The notes: generated by a model from the letters alone, not told the origin. A DNA stretch of 64,000 nucleotides from Eledone cirrhosa (GCA_964016885.1 CAXHJY010001348.1:7636-71635); one strand, 5' to 3'; positions 13,698 to 26,854 are shown, numbered from the stretch's first letter. Program-made: numbers and translations.

Positions 13698-14529
13698 TAT
13701 ATATTTAATATAGAAATGGCTTATATATATATATTACAAGGGTTATAGAAAACATACCCCTTTTTGTGTTTGCCTCTCTATATACTGTATTATGAAGAGT
13801 CCGGTAATTCTTCCTTGAGCTCATGAAATTACAGGACTTAACGCGAGTCTTCTCCGTTTTTTTTCAATTGATACACACATATATATATATATATATACAC
13901 AAACATACTTGGCGTATTATTATGGTTCCTTACGTGTAAGTAAGCCGGCAACCGTATAATGCTCGTTTGGTAATGACGTTGGTTGATTGCATGTAGAAGT
14001 AACGAAGCCAAAAATACGATGACGTCCCGCCATTTTGAAAATCAAAGTTTTCGAAGAAGTTATGCAAAAATCTAAATTCTTGACTATTAAGCCGCTGTTT
14101 CGAATCTAAGTTAATGAATAGTCCTCGGTTTTAATGTTACTAAATTAATTTTACAGAAATTTAATCATCCACTATTTATTTCCGTAATTTATTTCTTCAT
14201 AATTAATAATTTCTTGTGTTTAAATTGATTTAATACTTTTAACTTTATTTTATATTGGCTTAAGACGTTCACTTCTCAATCATTAGGTCTAATACCCCCC
14301 CTCCCCCATATATATAGATTTATATATATATATATATAACGAAGGAAGTGTGATAAGGAACAAGGTGGACCATAACGCACTAGAGTACTCAATACTTAGC
14401 GTAGTAGAGTGGGTAATAGGAAACTGTTCAAGACCCCGACGGCAGAGCTCAAGCCAGAAATAGACGTCTAAACGGCTTGAGCTCTGCCGTCGGGGTCTTG
14501 GACACTTTCCTATATATATATATATGAAG

Positions 14530-15065
14530 TTCAGAACTGGAAAGTGCTTGCTTTGAGGAGAGGTAAATAGAGAGGACATGTTAAGGAAGGCTTCAGAATG
14601 TTTGAAGAGAGACGTCTTGACCATGAAAAACTTAAACGTCAGCTAGAAAAAGGCCACAGTATGAACCTCAATAAGAACATAGGGAGCTGGATTTGTGAGG
14701 TATGTGGTCATTTACTGCTCTCTAAATCCGGGTACATCACTCATTCAAAATCACATAAAAAGCCAACTGTATGTAGCTCTATTCCTCCACCAATGCTAGG
14801 TGAGGCAACATGTGTGGCGTGCAAAAAGATCTGCAAATCAACTTCTGGTCTTAAAAGGCATATGTGGGTACATAAGGAAGGCACCCTACAAAGCGACCCA
14901 ATCAATTCAATAGAGGGCACATCTTTTGACTGTCACATTTGCTGCAGACCGTGCAAATCTGCAGCTGGACTTAAAAGCCACCTAAGAAGCCATGAATGGA
15001 CGTCTGGAGTTGATGGGAGTGCATAGGGAGACAGCAATCATCTGCAAAGATGAAGCAATCGCCAT
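14530..15065 (+). mobile_element. 3' fragment of a second RTE family with three C2H2 fingers (duplicate at 20355-20902)
   Basis: ORF 14598-15026: CEVC..HSKSH, CVAC..HMWVH, CHIC..HLRSH; collinear with the C-terminus of the 1314-3230 ORF. Confidence 0.85.
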
Positions 15066-15076
15066 ATAAATACTAA

Positions 15077-15266
15077 GGGCGGTGTATTGGCAGTATCGGT
15101 AGAGGGTCGGACGCCATGCTTTCCAGCATAGTTACGTCCCTTTACGATCTGAGTTCAAATCCCGCCGAGGTTGACTTTGCCTTTCATCCTTACGGGGTCG
15201 ATAAAATAAAGTACCAGTAATGCACTGGGTAATTGCTGGCCTTGTGCCTAAAGTAGAAACAATTAT
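15077..15266 (+). mobile_element. SINE family A (duplicate at 20914-21103)
   Basis: Same consensus as 7634. Confidence 0.85.
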
Positions 15267-15379
15267 ATAGAATGCATGGCAAACTGGCTTATACCTTCTA
15301 AGGTACCCAGAATTTCTTTTATATATATATATATACTCCCCCTCACACCCTCGGAACTCTTTTCCTGCCCCCTTTTCTC

Positions 15380-15410
15380 CTGATGAAGGGCTTATCCCCG
15401 AAACATCGTC
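15380..15410 (+). ncRNA. Hammerhead core without recognisable stem I (duplicate at 21217-21247)
   Basis: CTGATGA-aGGG/cttat/CCCc-GAAAC-atc-GTC. Confidence 0.45.
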
Positions 15411-15492
15411 CCCCACCCCCCACTCTCAAGCATGAACCTAATACTAACACTTTGTACTGCACTCTTCGCTATTGTTTTTATTTTCTGTTTTA

Positions 15493-15523
<31 letters not shown>

Positions 15524-15565
15524 ACTGAGGATGTGTCTCTGTCTCTCTCTCTCTGTGTGTGTGTG

Positions 15566-16398
15566 TGTGTTGGAGAGAGAGAATGTGTGTTGGAGAGAGA
15601 GAGAGTGTGTGTGTGTTGGAGAGAGAGTGTGTGTGTGTGTGTGTTGGAGAGAGAGAGAGTGTGTGTGCGTTGGAGAGAGAGAGAGTGTGTGTGCGTGTGT
15701 GTGTTGGAGAGAGAGAGTGTGTGTGCGTTGGAGAGAGAGAGAGTGTGTGTGTGCGTGTGTTGAAGAGAGAGAGTGTGTGTGTTGGAGAGAGAGAGAGTGT
15801 GTGTGTGTTGGAGAGAGAGAGAGTGTGTGCGTGTGTGTGTTGAAGAGAGAGAGTGTGTGTGTGTGTTGGAGAGAGAGAGAGTGTGTGTGTGTTGGAGAGA
15901 GAGAGTGTGTGTGCGTGTGTGTGTTGGAGAGAGAGTGTGTGTGTGTGTGTGTTGGAGAGAGAGAGAGTGCGTGTGTGTGTTGGAGAGAGAGAGAGTGTGT
16001 GTGTGTGTGTGTGTGTGTGTTGGAGAGAGAGAGTGTGTGTGTTGGAGAGAGAGAGAGTGTGTGTGCGTGTGTGTGTTGGAGAGAGAGAGGAAATGAGTGT
16101 GCTGGAGAGAGAGAGGTAGAGAATGAGAGTGTTGGAGAGAGAGAGGAAATGAGTGTGCTGGAGAGAGAGAGGTAGAGAATGAGAGTGTTGGAGAGAGGGC
16201 GAGACAGAATGAGAGAGAGGGTGCGAAAGACAGCGAGAAAGAGTATGGTAGATGGTGGGAGAATTGAAGGGAAAGAGAGAGGAGAGAGAACAAAGGAATA
16301 AGAGAGAGAATGTAGACAGATTGATAGGTGAACAGATCGAATTTCTGATGAACCTGTGATTAGACAGGTGAAACTCTAGAATAACAAGAGTCATCCAT

Positions 16399-16432
<34 letters not shown>

Positions 16433-19400
16433 AAGGATAAAAAGAACGATTGATTATTCCTTCATTGCATATTATAATAAATTGAAGTGAAAACTACTGG
16501 TGCGTGTGGTTCTTATTGGCAACATGACCCTCCCAAAGTATAACAATATCGGTTTCAACACACGTTTTCAGATAAAGAATCTTGCTAAACAAATTCAGAA
16601 ACGAAATATATATATATATACATAAATTTTGAGTATATGTTGGTTGTATACCAACACCTCAGTATGCAGATTGGAGCACTCGACGAAGTGCGCAGGTTGG
16701 TTTGGTTACTCCGGAATAATGTAAAATAAAATAAAATAAATAAGTCAAATGTTTAAAATTTGGCTTCGTTTATTACTGCTATATATATTTCGGTGACAGC
16801 TATCTTTGGCTGTGACCTCTTCAGGCAGTCCTCTGGTAAATGAAATAATTATCTTATGTTGTTTATTACATAACTATATATATATATATAGGATAACAAG
16901 GTAGGTATCGTTTCAGGTAATCCAGTTAGAGGTTGTGAGTACTCTGTACTATGGATAGTTTTAACATAAGGCGTTGTTTGACTCAACAAGAGGTTTCCTT
17001 AGTTAGGTGGCGAGTTAGCAAGAATTCCCATTCAGGTCATTCTTGGAGTAATAATTGTTTCTATTTTAGGCACAAGGCCAGCAATTATCCAGTGCATTAC
17101 TGGTACTTTATTTTATCGACCCCGTAAGGATGAAAGGCAAAGTCAACCTCGGCGGGATTTGAACTCAGATCGTAAAGGGACGTAACGATGCTAGAAAGCA
17201 TGGCGTCCGACCCTCTACTGATACTGCCAATCCACGTAATTGATTGTGATGGTCGGCTGTACAAAAAGGGTTTTATTTACAATATTAACAATTGTTTCAT
17301 TGATTAGGTGAGTCTAAAGGCCGCTAATCACTCGAAATTGCGTCACTCGGCCTTAAATACAGTGTGTGTGTGTCTGATCAAATCATCGGAATACAAACCC
17401 TTTTGTACAGCTGACCATGTTATTCTTCACTCTTTCACTGTGTATATATATATATATATACGATATTAAATAAATGGAAACTATATTTATAAAACCATAT
17501 TTATTTCATTATATATATTTCAGGGATATCATATTAAAAATATGGTATGCCTTCTTCAGACAAAATACAATATAAACAGTCTTATAAATAGATAGATTTG
17601 ACATACCTTACAACTTCAACTTTCATTTAAATCAACTTTTTAAATGAAAGTTGAAGTTGTAAGGTATGTCAAATCTATCTATTTATAAGACTGTTTATAT
17701 TGTATTTTGTCTGAAGAAGGCATACCATATTTTTAATATGATATCCCTGAAATATATATAATGAAATAAATATGGTTTTATAAATATAGTTTCCATTTAT
17801 TTAATATCGTAAATATACTCCAAATACTTGTTGAGTGCTTTTATATCAGTTATAAATATTTACTCGTTGTAACCCAACAATTTAAATAAAACTTTGCATA
17901 TATATATATATATATATATGTTGGCTGCAACTAGATTTCGAGTAATGCCATCGCTTGATACGCAAGCATGAACATCACGGACATGGCTTTTTAGTCCAGC
18001 TAGGAACTTGCCTATGGCCAGCAATACCACGCATCGCAAAAAACTGTCACATATCAAGCGATGCCTGTGCTTGAAGTTTTTTTAAGTGAGGAAAGGCTTT
18101 GCAAGGGGCCAATCCCTCTCTCTGAACATCAAATGCATTTACCCAAAAAGAAGAACTGGTCTACATCATTGGATGCAAACCAAGTTGCAGGTTTTATATC
18201 TGAGTGACCTTCTCCTAGAGAGATGTCTTAATGAAGACTAGGGGTCTCTTGCTCCACAAAAAATAAAAATAATATATATATATTTTTTTAAAAAAAGGTC
18301 AATCGACTTTCGTCAAATCGAGCCGAAGAAACAATGTTTCTGTCAGTATTTCCAATTGCTAATACTATCTATCGGTCGCAACTCCAGGTAGAAGGAGCAA
18401 CGTGAAATAAAGTGTCTTGCTCAAGGACATAACGCATCGCCCGGTCCAGGAATCGAACTCACAACCTCACGATTGTGAATCCAATTCTCTAACCAATCAC
18501 CCGCACGCCTTCACAATATGTATGTGTGTATATATATACACACATACACACACACACACACACGTGTGCGTGAGCCCCGAGTTCAATCAGGGGTAACCAC
18601 GGTAAGTAAGGTACTCAATACATTAGTAGAGTATATGCAACAACATTTAATATAAGGTCTGGAACTGTTTCATTAGAAGGAAATCATCAGGAAATATATA
18701 AGTAAATCGAAATAACAAAGCAAATGACACAGTACATTGAAGAAATATATTAGTTTAACGCTTGATCTAGCAGATAAAGAGTCATAACGTATTGGACATG
18801 AAAAGTTACAGGTATATACAAACACAAACACGTTTAAGAAATGATGTGTGACTTACCTACATATATATATATTTCATGTTCGATGGTATTGTGGTAAGGA
18901 ACCAGATGGACCATAACGCACCAGAGTACTCAATCCTTAGGGTAGTAGAGTGGGTAATAGGAAAAAGTATGACCCCGACGGCAGAGTTCAAGCCGTTTCG
19001 ACGGCTATTTCTGGACTAGTTTTGGGGGGTTATTTCACAGCTAGTTTATGTTGATTACCGACATGTGGAAGTGATTGTTTCTAATAATTGTTTATACGTT
19101 AGGCACAAGGCCAGCAATTACCCAGTGTATTACTGGTACTTTATTTTATCGACCTCGTAAGGATTATAATAATAGTTTGATATAGGCCTAAGGCCAACAA
19201 TTTTTTTTTTTTGGGGGGGGGGGAAGTCGATTCAATCGACCCCAGTGCGTTACTGGTACTTTATTTCATCGACACCGTAATGATGCAAGGCAAAGCTAAC
19301 CTCTAATCATTACGGTGTCGATAAAATAAAGTACCAGGAACATACTGGAGTCGATTTAATCAACTTTCCGAAAGCGAGCTTGTCGTAACATTATCGAAGA

Positions 19401-19459
19401 AATGTGTTGTGTTTACACATGTCTCCGTTTCTGTGTGTACATTTTAACGACTTGCAGAC

Positions 19460-19517
<58 letters not shown>

Positions 19518-19600
19518 CTGTATCCCAGGTTCAATCGGGAGTAACAACAGTAAGTAAGGTACAGTTCTAGTCCTGTAGAAGCTATTTCTATATTAAACAA

Positions 19601-19633
<33 letters not shown>

Positions 19634-21381
19634 TATATATTTAATATAGAAATGGCTTATATATATATATTACAAGGGTTATAGAAAACATACCCCTTTT
19701 TGTGTTTGCCTCTCTATATACTGTATTAGGAAGAGTCCGGTAATTCTTCCTTGAGCTCATGAAATTACAGGACTTAACGCGAGTCTTCTCCGTTTTTTTC
19801 AATTGATACACACATATATATATATATATATATACACAAACATACTTGGCGTATTATTATGGTTCCTTACGTGTAAGTAAGCCGGCAACCGTATAATGCT
19901 CGTTTGGTAATGACGTTGGTTGATTGCATGTAGAAGTAACGAAGCCAAAAATACGATGACGTCCCGCCATTTTGAAAATCAAAGTTTTCGAAGAAGTTAT
20001 GCAAAAATCTAAATTCTTGACTATTAAGCCGCTGTTTCGAATCTAAGTTAATGAATAGTCCTCGGTTTTAATGTTACTAAATTAATTTTACAGAAATGTA
20101 ATCATCCACTATTTATTTCTGTAATTTATTTCTTCATAATTAATAATTTTTTGTGTTTAAATTGATTTAATACTTTTAACTTTATTTTATGTTGGCTTAA
20201 GACGCACTAGAGTACTCAATACTTAGCGTAGTAGAGTGGGTAATAGGAAACTGTTCAAGACCCCGACGGCAGAGCTCAAGCCAGAAATAGACGTCTAAAC
20301 GGCTTGAGCTCTGCCGTCGGGGTCTTGGACACTTTCCTATATATATATATATGAAGTTCAGAACTGGAAAGTGATTGCTTTGAGGAGAGGTAAATAGAGA
20401 GGACATGTTAAGGAAGGCTTCAGAATGTTTGAAGAGAGACGTCTTGACCATGAAAAACTTAAACGTCAGCTAGAAAAAGGCCACAGTATGAACCTCAATA
20501 AGAACATAGGGAGCTGGATTTGTGAGGTATGTGGTCATTTACTGCTCTCTAAATCCGGGTACATCACTCATTCAAAATCATATAAAAAGCCAACTGTATG
20601 TAGCTCTATTCCTCCACCAATGCTAGGTGAGGCAACATGTGTGGCGTGCAAAAAGATCTGCAAATCAACTTCTGGTCTTAAAAGGCATATGTGGGTACAT
20701 AAGGAAGGCACCCTACAAAGCGACCCAATCAATTCAATAGAGGGCACATCTTTTGACTGTCACATTTGCTGCAGACCGTGCAAATCTGCAGCTGGACTTA
20801 AAAGCCACCTAAGAAGCCATGAATGGACGTCTGGAGTTGGTGACTGTTGATGGGAGTGCATAGGGAGACAGCAATCATCTGCAAAGATGAAGCAATCGCC
20901 ATATAAATACTAAGGGCGGTGTATTGGCAGTATCGGTAGAGGGTCGGACGCCATGCTTTCCAGCATAGTTACGTCCCTTTACGATCTGAGTTCAAATCCC
21001 GCCGAGGTTGACTTTGCCTTTCATCCTTACGGGGTCGATAAAATAAAGTACCAGTAATGCACTGGGTAATTGCTGGCCTTGTGCCTAAAGTAGAAACAAT
21101 TATATAGAATGCATGGCAAACTGGCTTATACCTTCTAAGGTACCCAGAATTTCTTTTATATATATATATATACTCCCCCTCACACCCTCGGAACTCTTTT
21201 CCTGCCCCCTTTTCTCCTGATGAAGGGCTTATCCCCGAAACATCGTCCCCCACCCCCCACTCTCAAGCATGAACCTAATACTAACACTTTGTACTGCACT
21301 CTTCGCTATTGTTTTTATTTTCTGTTTTAACTATAATATATATATATATATATATATAACTGAGGATGTGTCTCTGTCTCT

Positions 21382-21400
<19 letters not shown>
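15566..21400 (+). repeat. Tandem segmental duplication, copy 2 (~5.8 kb)
   Basis: Same order of SINEs, foldback and RTE fragment as copy 1; ~110 bp deletion at ~20203 and 10 extra bases at ~20839 relative to copy 1. Confidence 0.95.
16775..16829 (-). ncRNA. Minimal type I hammerhead ribozyme
   Basis: Minus: actgc-CTGAAGA-GGTCACAGC/caaagata/GCTGTCACC-GAAA-tatata-TA-gcagt-AATAAA. Confidence 0.8.
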
Positions 21401-21457
<57 letters not shown>

Positions 21458-22021
21458 CCCTAAAACTCGAGAAGTACCCAACCGATCTTTTTCAAACTTT
21501 ATATGTGTATTACTTATGTTTCAGGGAATGTTATGCACACAAAAGAATTCAACTTTTCGATATTCTAGGGCCCGCATTAGGTGAAAAACTGCGTTTTTTC
21601 AGCTTTTTAGGGGTTTTTTGAGGCGTTACATCAGACCGATTTCCTTGAAATTGTAACTATGTATTAGTCAGTCTCTTCTTCATACCGTGAGCAAAGAAAA
21701 TCCAATTTTTTTAATGGCCTAGGGCCCGCATTAGGTGAAAAACTTCATTTTTCAGCTTTTTAGGGCTTTTTCTCGAAATTTCAAGGCATATTATGCACAT
21801 AAAAAAAATTCATTTTCTTGATCCCCTAGGGCCCGCATTAGGTGAAAACCAGCACTTTTGCTGCTTCATCGAGGACAATCTTAAAGATTATCCAGCCATC
21901 AGAGTATTCGGTTTATTTTCTTTACATATTGTCCAGGCATGCAGTTTTTCCACGATTAGGTCTGTTGGCGGCCCGAGTTCCAAAATACCTTATCCCGTGC
22001 AACCCCGGGTACCACTGCTAG
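21355..22021 (+). mobile_element. Non-autonomous Helitron-like element
   Basis: 5' part carries (GT)n; three internal repeats ctagggcccgcattaggtgaaaa (~21566, 21719, 21826); 3' end GC-rich hairpin cccgtgcaaccccggg followed by CTAG|T. Confidence 0.7.
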
Positions 22022-22402
22022 TATATTATAAAATGACAGGAGGCTGGACTGGTGTAATGCCTTAGAAGATCTATTATACTATGATTCAGTATGAATCCGG
22101 TGACATCATCAGTTTTTCCAAAATTTATCCAACAAACGAATATAACAATAGACACAATGCAAGGGGATGACAAGCAGAGAGAAATGCCCAAGACGAGAAG
22201 GCGGCCAAAAATTAGCAGTTGCTAGTCCGAGCGGCCGCCTTCAAGTATATATATATATATAGTCTATATTTGTAACTGCACACTTTTAGCTTTAGCATGC
22301 TTTTCCTTGATATCTTTCCTAAACTTTCATGGATATGAATTCCCTACTCTTCTGAGTTTTGGATTGTTCTGGCCGTTAATGCTTCTTGTCAATTTACTTG
22401 CC

Positions 22403-22447
22403 CTGATGAGTCCTTATTAATGGGACGAAACATTGTAGCCTAATAAA
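22403..22447 (+). ncRNA. Hammerhead ribozyme (stem I degenerate)
   Basis: CTGATGA-GTCCT/tattaat/GGGAC-GAA-ACA-t-TGT-A, then AATAAA at 22442. Confidence 0.65.
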
Positions 22448-22482
22448 GACTTTTGATGTATTGAAGGCTTCTTTGTTTATTT

Positions 22483-22527
<45 letters not shown>

Positions 22528-22530
<3 letters not shown>

Positions 22531-22721
22531 TTATTCCGGGTTGAATCGGAGGTAACCACAGTAAGTAAGGTACTCAATACATTGCAGAGTATAAAAGTTT
22601 TAATATAGATGAGATTCTACAGGACTAGAACTGTTTCATTCTTTAGAAATCATCAGGAATCCTGATGATTTCTAAAGAATGAAACAGTTCTAGTCCTGTA
22701 GAATCTCATCTATATTAAAAC
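22528..22721 (-). mobile_element. PLE-like foldback element with hammerhead (related pieces at 7200-7295, 12640-12760, 13590-13720)
   Basis: Arms 22598-22657 / 22661-22721. Minus-strand hammerhead 22613-22661: gattc-CTGATGA-tTTCT/aa/AGAAt-GAA-ACAG/ttctagtc/CTGT-A-gaatc. Confidence 0.8.
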
Positions 22722-22850
22722 CTATATATATATATATATAGGAACGAGTACGTCGGGGTCCTACTCGTTCCTATTACCCACTCTACTACCCTAAGTATTG
22801 AGTACTTTGGTGCGTTATGGTCCACCTGGTTTCTTACCACATTTCCTTCG

Positions 22851-22952
<102 letters not shown>

Positions 22953-23074
22953 GTTGGCCCACCGTCGGCTCCGACCAAGAGTGCTCCAGTTGACTGAATC
23001 AACGTAACCACCTGCTCGTGATTTTTAACATGTAAGTGGCTGAGCATTCTACAGACTCGTGCATCTGTAACACA

Positions 23075-23110
<36 letters not shown>

Positions 23111-23111
<1 letters not shown>

Positions 23112-23522
23112 TAAGGCGGGTAAAATTCCCGAGATCCATGGACGAGTTCTCTCCAGCGGTCTCTGTCCCTCATTATCACTGCCATGTCCTGCGTCTCCAA
23201 CAGACCAGTGTCTGTCCTTAGGGCATCAACATACGTTAACCTTGGTCTTCCTCTTCGTAGAGACCTGAAAATCCGCCTCTTCATTGCTGTAGTGGAGTCT
23301 GTGCTGCTGTATGGGTCTGAGACTTGGACACTGACCAAGAAACTCACTCAGATGGTGGATGGTTGCTACACGAGACTGCTGAGGATGGCTCTGAACATTA
23401 ATCAGTATACACTGAGGATGAAAAACTCAGAGCTGTATGGGAGCCTCCCAAAAGTCAGCTCAAAAGTGACACAGAGGAGACTGAGGTTAGCTGGACATGC
23501 TCACCGACATCCAGAGTTGACA
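23111..23522 (-). mobile_element. RTE-like LINE 3' end with 5' inversion
   Basis: 23111-23256 (minus) encodes RRGRPRLTYVD..REFYPP*; 23257-23522 (plus) encodes the upstream part DLKIRLF..LLYGSETW..RLAGHAHRHPELT. Un-inverted copy at 41170-41450; short copy at 33492-33622. Confidence 0.85.
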
Positions 23523-23701
23523 CATATATATATATATATATATATGAAAGACGTAAAATAAGAAAATTATAAAAATTAACTTACTTACTAAATTGTTCTG
23601 CATCTCCTTGCATTGAACCACAAAGTTACTAAGACAAAACCTATATATTTGCTAGCATAGGTATGCATCTGTATATATATGTTGTAGATATACTAATTCT
23701 T

Positions 23702-23789
<88 letters not shown>

Positions 23790-23791
<2 letters not shown>

Positions 23792-24060
23792 CCCTGTTGG
23801 AAGCTCAATAAAGAACAGAGTGTTGGGAGGGGGCACCCAGAGGGAACCAGGCCTAATTTATAAACTGAAAACCCCAAAGACATTTTTATAAGTAGGACGA
23901 TATATTAGGGAAGAAACACTGGACAGATTTTATGGGGAAAACCAACCGGTGGGAGACCCAGGGGTAGACTCCAGCCGGATCAGTTGGAGACGGTTGCTTC
24001 TGACAGGACCCGCTGGATGGAGTGTTTGGGGACTCTGCCGCCCACGACTCTCTCGTGAAT
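23790..24060 (+). mobile_element. Degenerate LINE 3' end
   Basis: One frame reads LETVASDRTRWMECLGTLPP*, the typical A.DR..W terminal motif of RTE/L2-type ORF2. Confidence 0.5.
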
Positions 24061-24193
24061 AAGTGGGCAAAGAAGAAGACACGAAGGAAATACTTGCACA
24101 AAGGCCATACAAAAATGGCGAACGTATAACGACGTAGAACGGTAGGTTTAATGGCGGACAAGAAAATAAAAGGACTTTTTTTTAAATAACATT

Positions 24194-24740
24194 GAGAAGA
24201 AGAAGAAGGCAAAGAAGAAGAAGAAGAAGAAGAAGAAGAAGAAGAAGAAGAAGAAGAAGAAGAAGAAGAAGGCAAAGAAGAAGAAGAAGGCAAAGAAGAA
24301 GGCAAAGAAGAAGAAGAAGAAGAAGAAGAAGAAGGCAAAGAAGAAGAAGAAGGCAAAGAAGAAGAAGAAGGCAAAGAAGAAGAAGGCAAAGAAGAAGAAG
24401 GCAAAGAAGGCAAAGAAGAAGAAGAAGAAGAAGAAGAAGAAGAAGAAGAAGAAGAAGAAGGCAAAGAAGAAGAAGGCAAAGAAGAAGAAGGCAAAGAAGA
24501 AGAAGGCAAAGAAGGCAAAGAAGAAGAAGAAGAAGAAGAAGAAGAAGAAGAAGAAGAAGAAGAAGAAGGCAAAGAAGAAGAAGGCAAAGAAGGCAAAGAA
24601 GAAGAAGAAGAAGAAGAAGAAGGCAAAGAAGAAGAAGAAGGCAAAGAAGAAGAAGAAGAAGAAGAAGAAGAAGAAGAAGAAGAAGAAAAAAAAGAGGAAA
24701 AGGATATAAAGATATAAAGATATAAAGATATAAAGATATA
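24194..24740. repeat. (GAA)n array interrupted by GGCAAA, then (GATATAAA)n
   Basis: Direct inspection. Confidence 0.95.
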
Positions 24741-25155
24741 TATATAAGGAATTTTATTTCCTTAAAGTCGAGACGTTGAATAATAATTGAAATTACGTTG
24801 TATTCAATATAATTAAACTAACGTGTACTGTAATAGGGGTTTCTCTGGTCAACAAACACAGGTCCTTCGTCTTAGGGTGACCAAACTGAGAATTGTTGGC
24901 CTATTTGCTCTCTCTCTCTCGTTTTTTCTTTCTTCATATTCTTATTCTTCTTGTTCTTCTTGTCGAATGAAATTAAAAGTAGCTTTTAAGCGCAAATCTT
25001 TTTGATGATGTTTTTTTTTGTTGTTGTTGTTGTTTTTTTGTTTTTTTTTTGCTGCTACTACTGTTGCTTTTCATGATCAAAATAACGATGATGGTGGTGG
25101 TGGTGGTGGTGGTGATGGTGATGGTGGTGAAGTTGACTCAGTGGTTATGTCTGTG

Positions 25156-25188
<33 letters not shown>

Positions 25189-25324
25189 CACATATACACG
25201 CATACACGTATCGGGGGGAGCAATGAGATGAGAATGACGTAACAATTAACACGTGACTTCCGGATCTCCTAATTCTAAAGTCTACCCCCCCCCCCGCATC
25301 TCAGTCAACAAAACAACAATAATA

Positions 25325-25543
25325 ATTATTATTTCTATTATAAGCAGAAAGCCAGCAATTTCAAGGGGAAGGGAAAGTTGATTAAATCAACCCCAGTACA
25401 TTACTGGTACTTTATTTCATCGACCCCCGTAAGGATGAAAGGCAAAGCTAACCTCGGCGGGATTTGAACTCAGACCATAAAGGGCCGTAACTCTTTGCTG
25501 CAAAGCATGGCGTCCGACCCCTCTACCGATACTGCCAATCCAC
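25325..25543 (-). mobile_element. SINE family A
   Basis: Reverse complement of the consensus. Confidence 0.85.
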
Positions 25544-26695
25544 CCAACCCTAACCCTTACTAGAAGATTAGTAATGATGGATAGAGATGTGTGATGGCCG
25601 TCATGTCACATATATTGACCACCTGGTGAAGGACACTGGCATGAAATATGTCCCAGGAACTGAAGAGACCAATGATAGCGATCTGAAATAAGGATTCTAT
25701 GTCCTTGATCCTGATGAGAGTTCAAGTATGAATAAATAACGTATGTAGTTTATGTTAATGATGATGATGTTGGCGAGGGAGCAAGGGCCGTTGTTCGTAG
25801 AGATAATTTGGTGGCTGGGAGTATGAGGCACCAAATTTACTCTGCTTGTTTTTTTCCTCCAGGGTTTACTTTAAGGAAATTTTAGAACTTTATGAATCTT
25901 ATCGGTATGTGTCATGAAGCAGTGTTTGATATTCTCTGAGTCTAATAAGCATAGACATTTTCTTTCTGTTTTTTAACATTTTACGAGTGTTTTAAGTCTG
26001 TTCGCTATCATTTACCACGTAAAAATATATAATGTTTAGTTCAAAATGTAAGCTTACTGCACAATTAGATTTAGAACCAAACGAACGAATGTCCACTCCA
26101 TGTTTAAATAATTGCGATTCTCTTCTCAATTCAAACGAACAACAGGAAAAAATATTGCGCTTATCATCTTCTCCCCTTACTACTTCACCCGATGGTTTTC
26201 CGCGGCAGACGACAGCACAGATCCTACAGCCGCTGTCACTGCTATTGTTGATGATGATGAGGATGATGTTGGTCGTGGGTGGAGTCGGGTCTGCGCCAAA
26301 TAAATTCAAACGACAGCAGTAAATAAATATATCACGATTTTTTTTTTTTTTTTTGTTGCTTCCGAGGGTGGTTTTTCTACGGTGACTCAAGATAGATAAC
26401 CACTGCTGCTGTTGTTGCTGTTGCTGTCTTTGTTGTTGCTGTTGATGAAATTAGGGTAATGGGGAGATATTGTTTCTACGTTATTATTACGCCAAATTTA
26501 CTCTTGAAGGGTGCGGAATGCGGGGTAGATGTTCTCGTCTGCTACTCAATGAAATTCAATATGTAACCATTGTTAGTGTTACTGATACTGTTGCTGTTGA
26601 TACTGATGCTGGTGTCCAGGTTGATGTACATGTTGATTTTGATCATTTGTCCAGTTGGGCAGCGTTGTTGTTGCTCTTACGCAACATTTATTATT

Positions 26696-26854
26696 TTATT
26701 TGGAGTCATCATCTTTAGTAGCATTGTCATCATCTTCCTCACCTCCACCCGATTCCGATCTGTGGAGGTACACCTCGTGGGCCAGGATACAGATGCTCAG
26801 CACTAACATGACTAAAGTCATGAAGAACAGGAATTCTGGGAAGGAGCCCATCAT
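26696..26854 (-). CDS. Candidate 52-aa hydrophobic microprotein, paralog 1 (MMGSFPEFLFFMTLVMLVLSICILAHEVYLHRSESGGGEEDDDNATKDDDSK)
   Basis: Splice acceptor ttttctttccggtag| with exon starting at 26871; ATG with A at -3; ~20-aa hydrophobic helix then acidic tail. The paralog at 29093-29239 keeps frame and hydrophobicity. No known family recognised. Confidence 0.65.
   Translation of the reverse strand: MMGSFPEFLFFMTLVMLVLSICILAHEVYLHRSESGGGEEDDDNATKDDDSK

Larger units (their letters stand above)
9615..15565 (+). repeat. Tandem segmental duplication, copy 1 (~5.9 kb)
   Basis: Collinear and nearly identical to 15566-21400; starts with a (GT)n-TTG-(GA)n minisatellite. Confidence 0.95.

Noticed and set aside
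13790-13850. Hammerhead-like TGAAGA-GTCC..GGAC hairpin
   Set aside because: GAAA is replaced by TTAA and the first core base is missing; at most a dead remnant.
14598-15026. Host C2H2 zinc-finger gene
   Set aside because: Collinear with the RTE ORF C-terminus, has no TGEKP linkers, and is followed by an RTE-type terminus.
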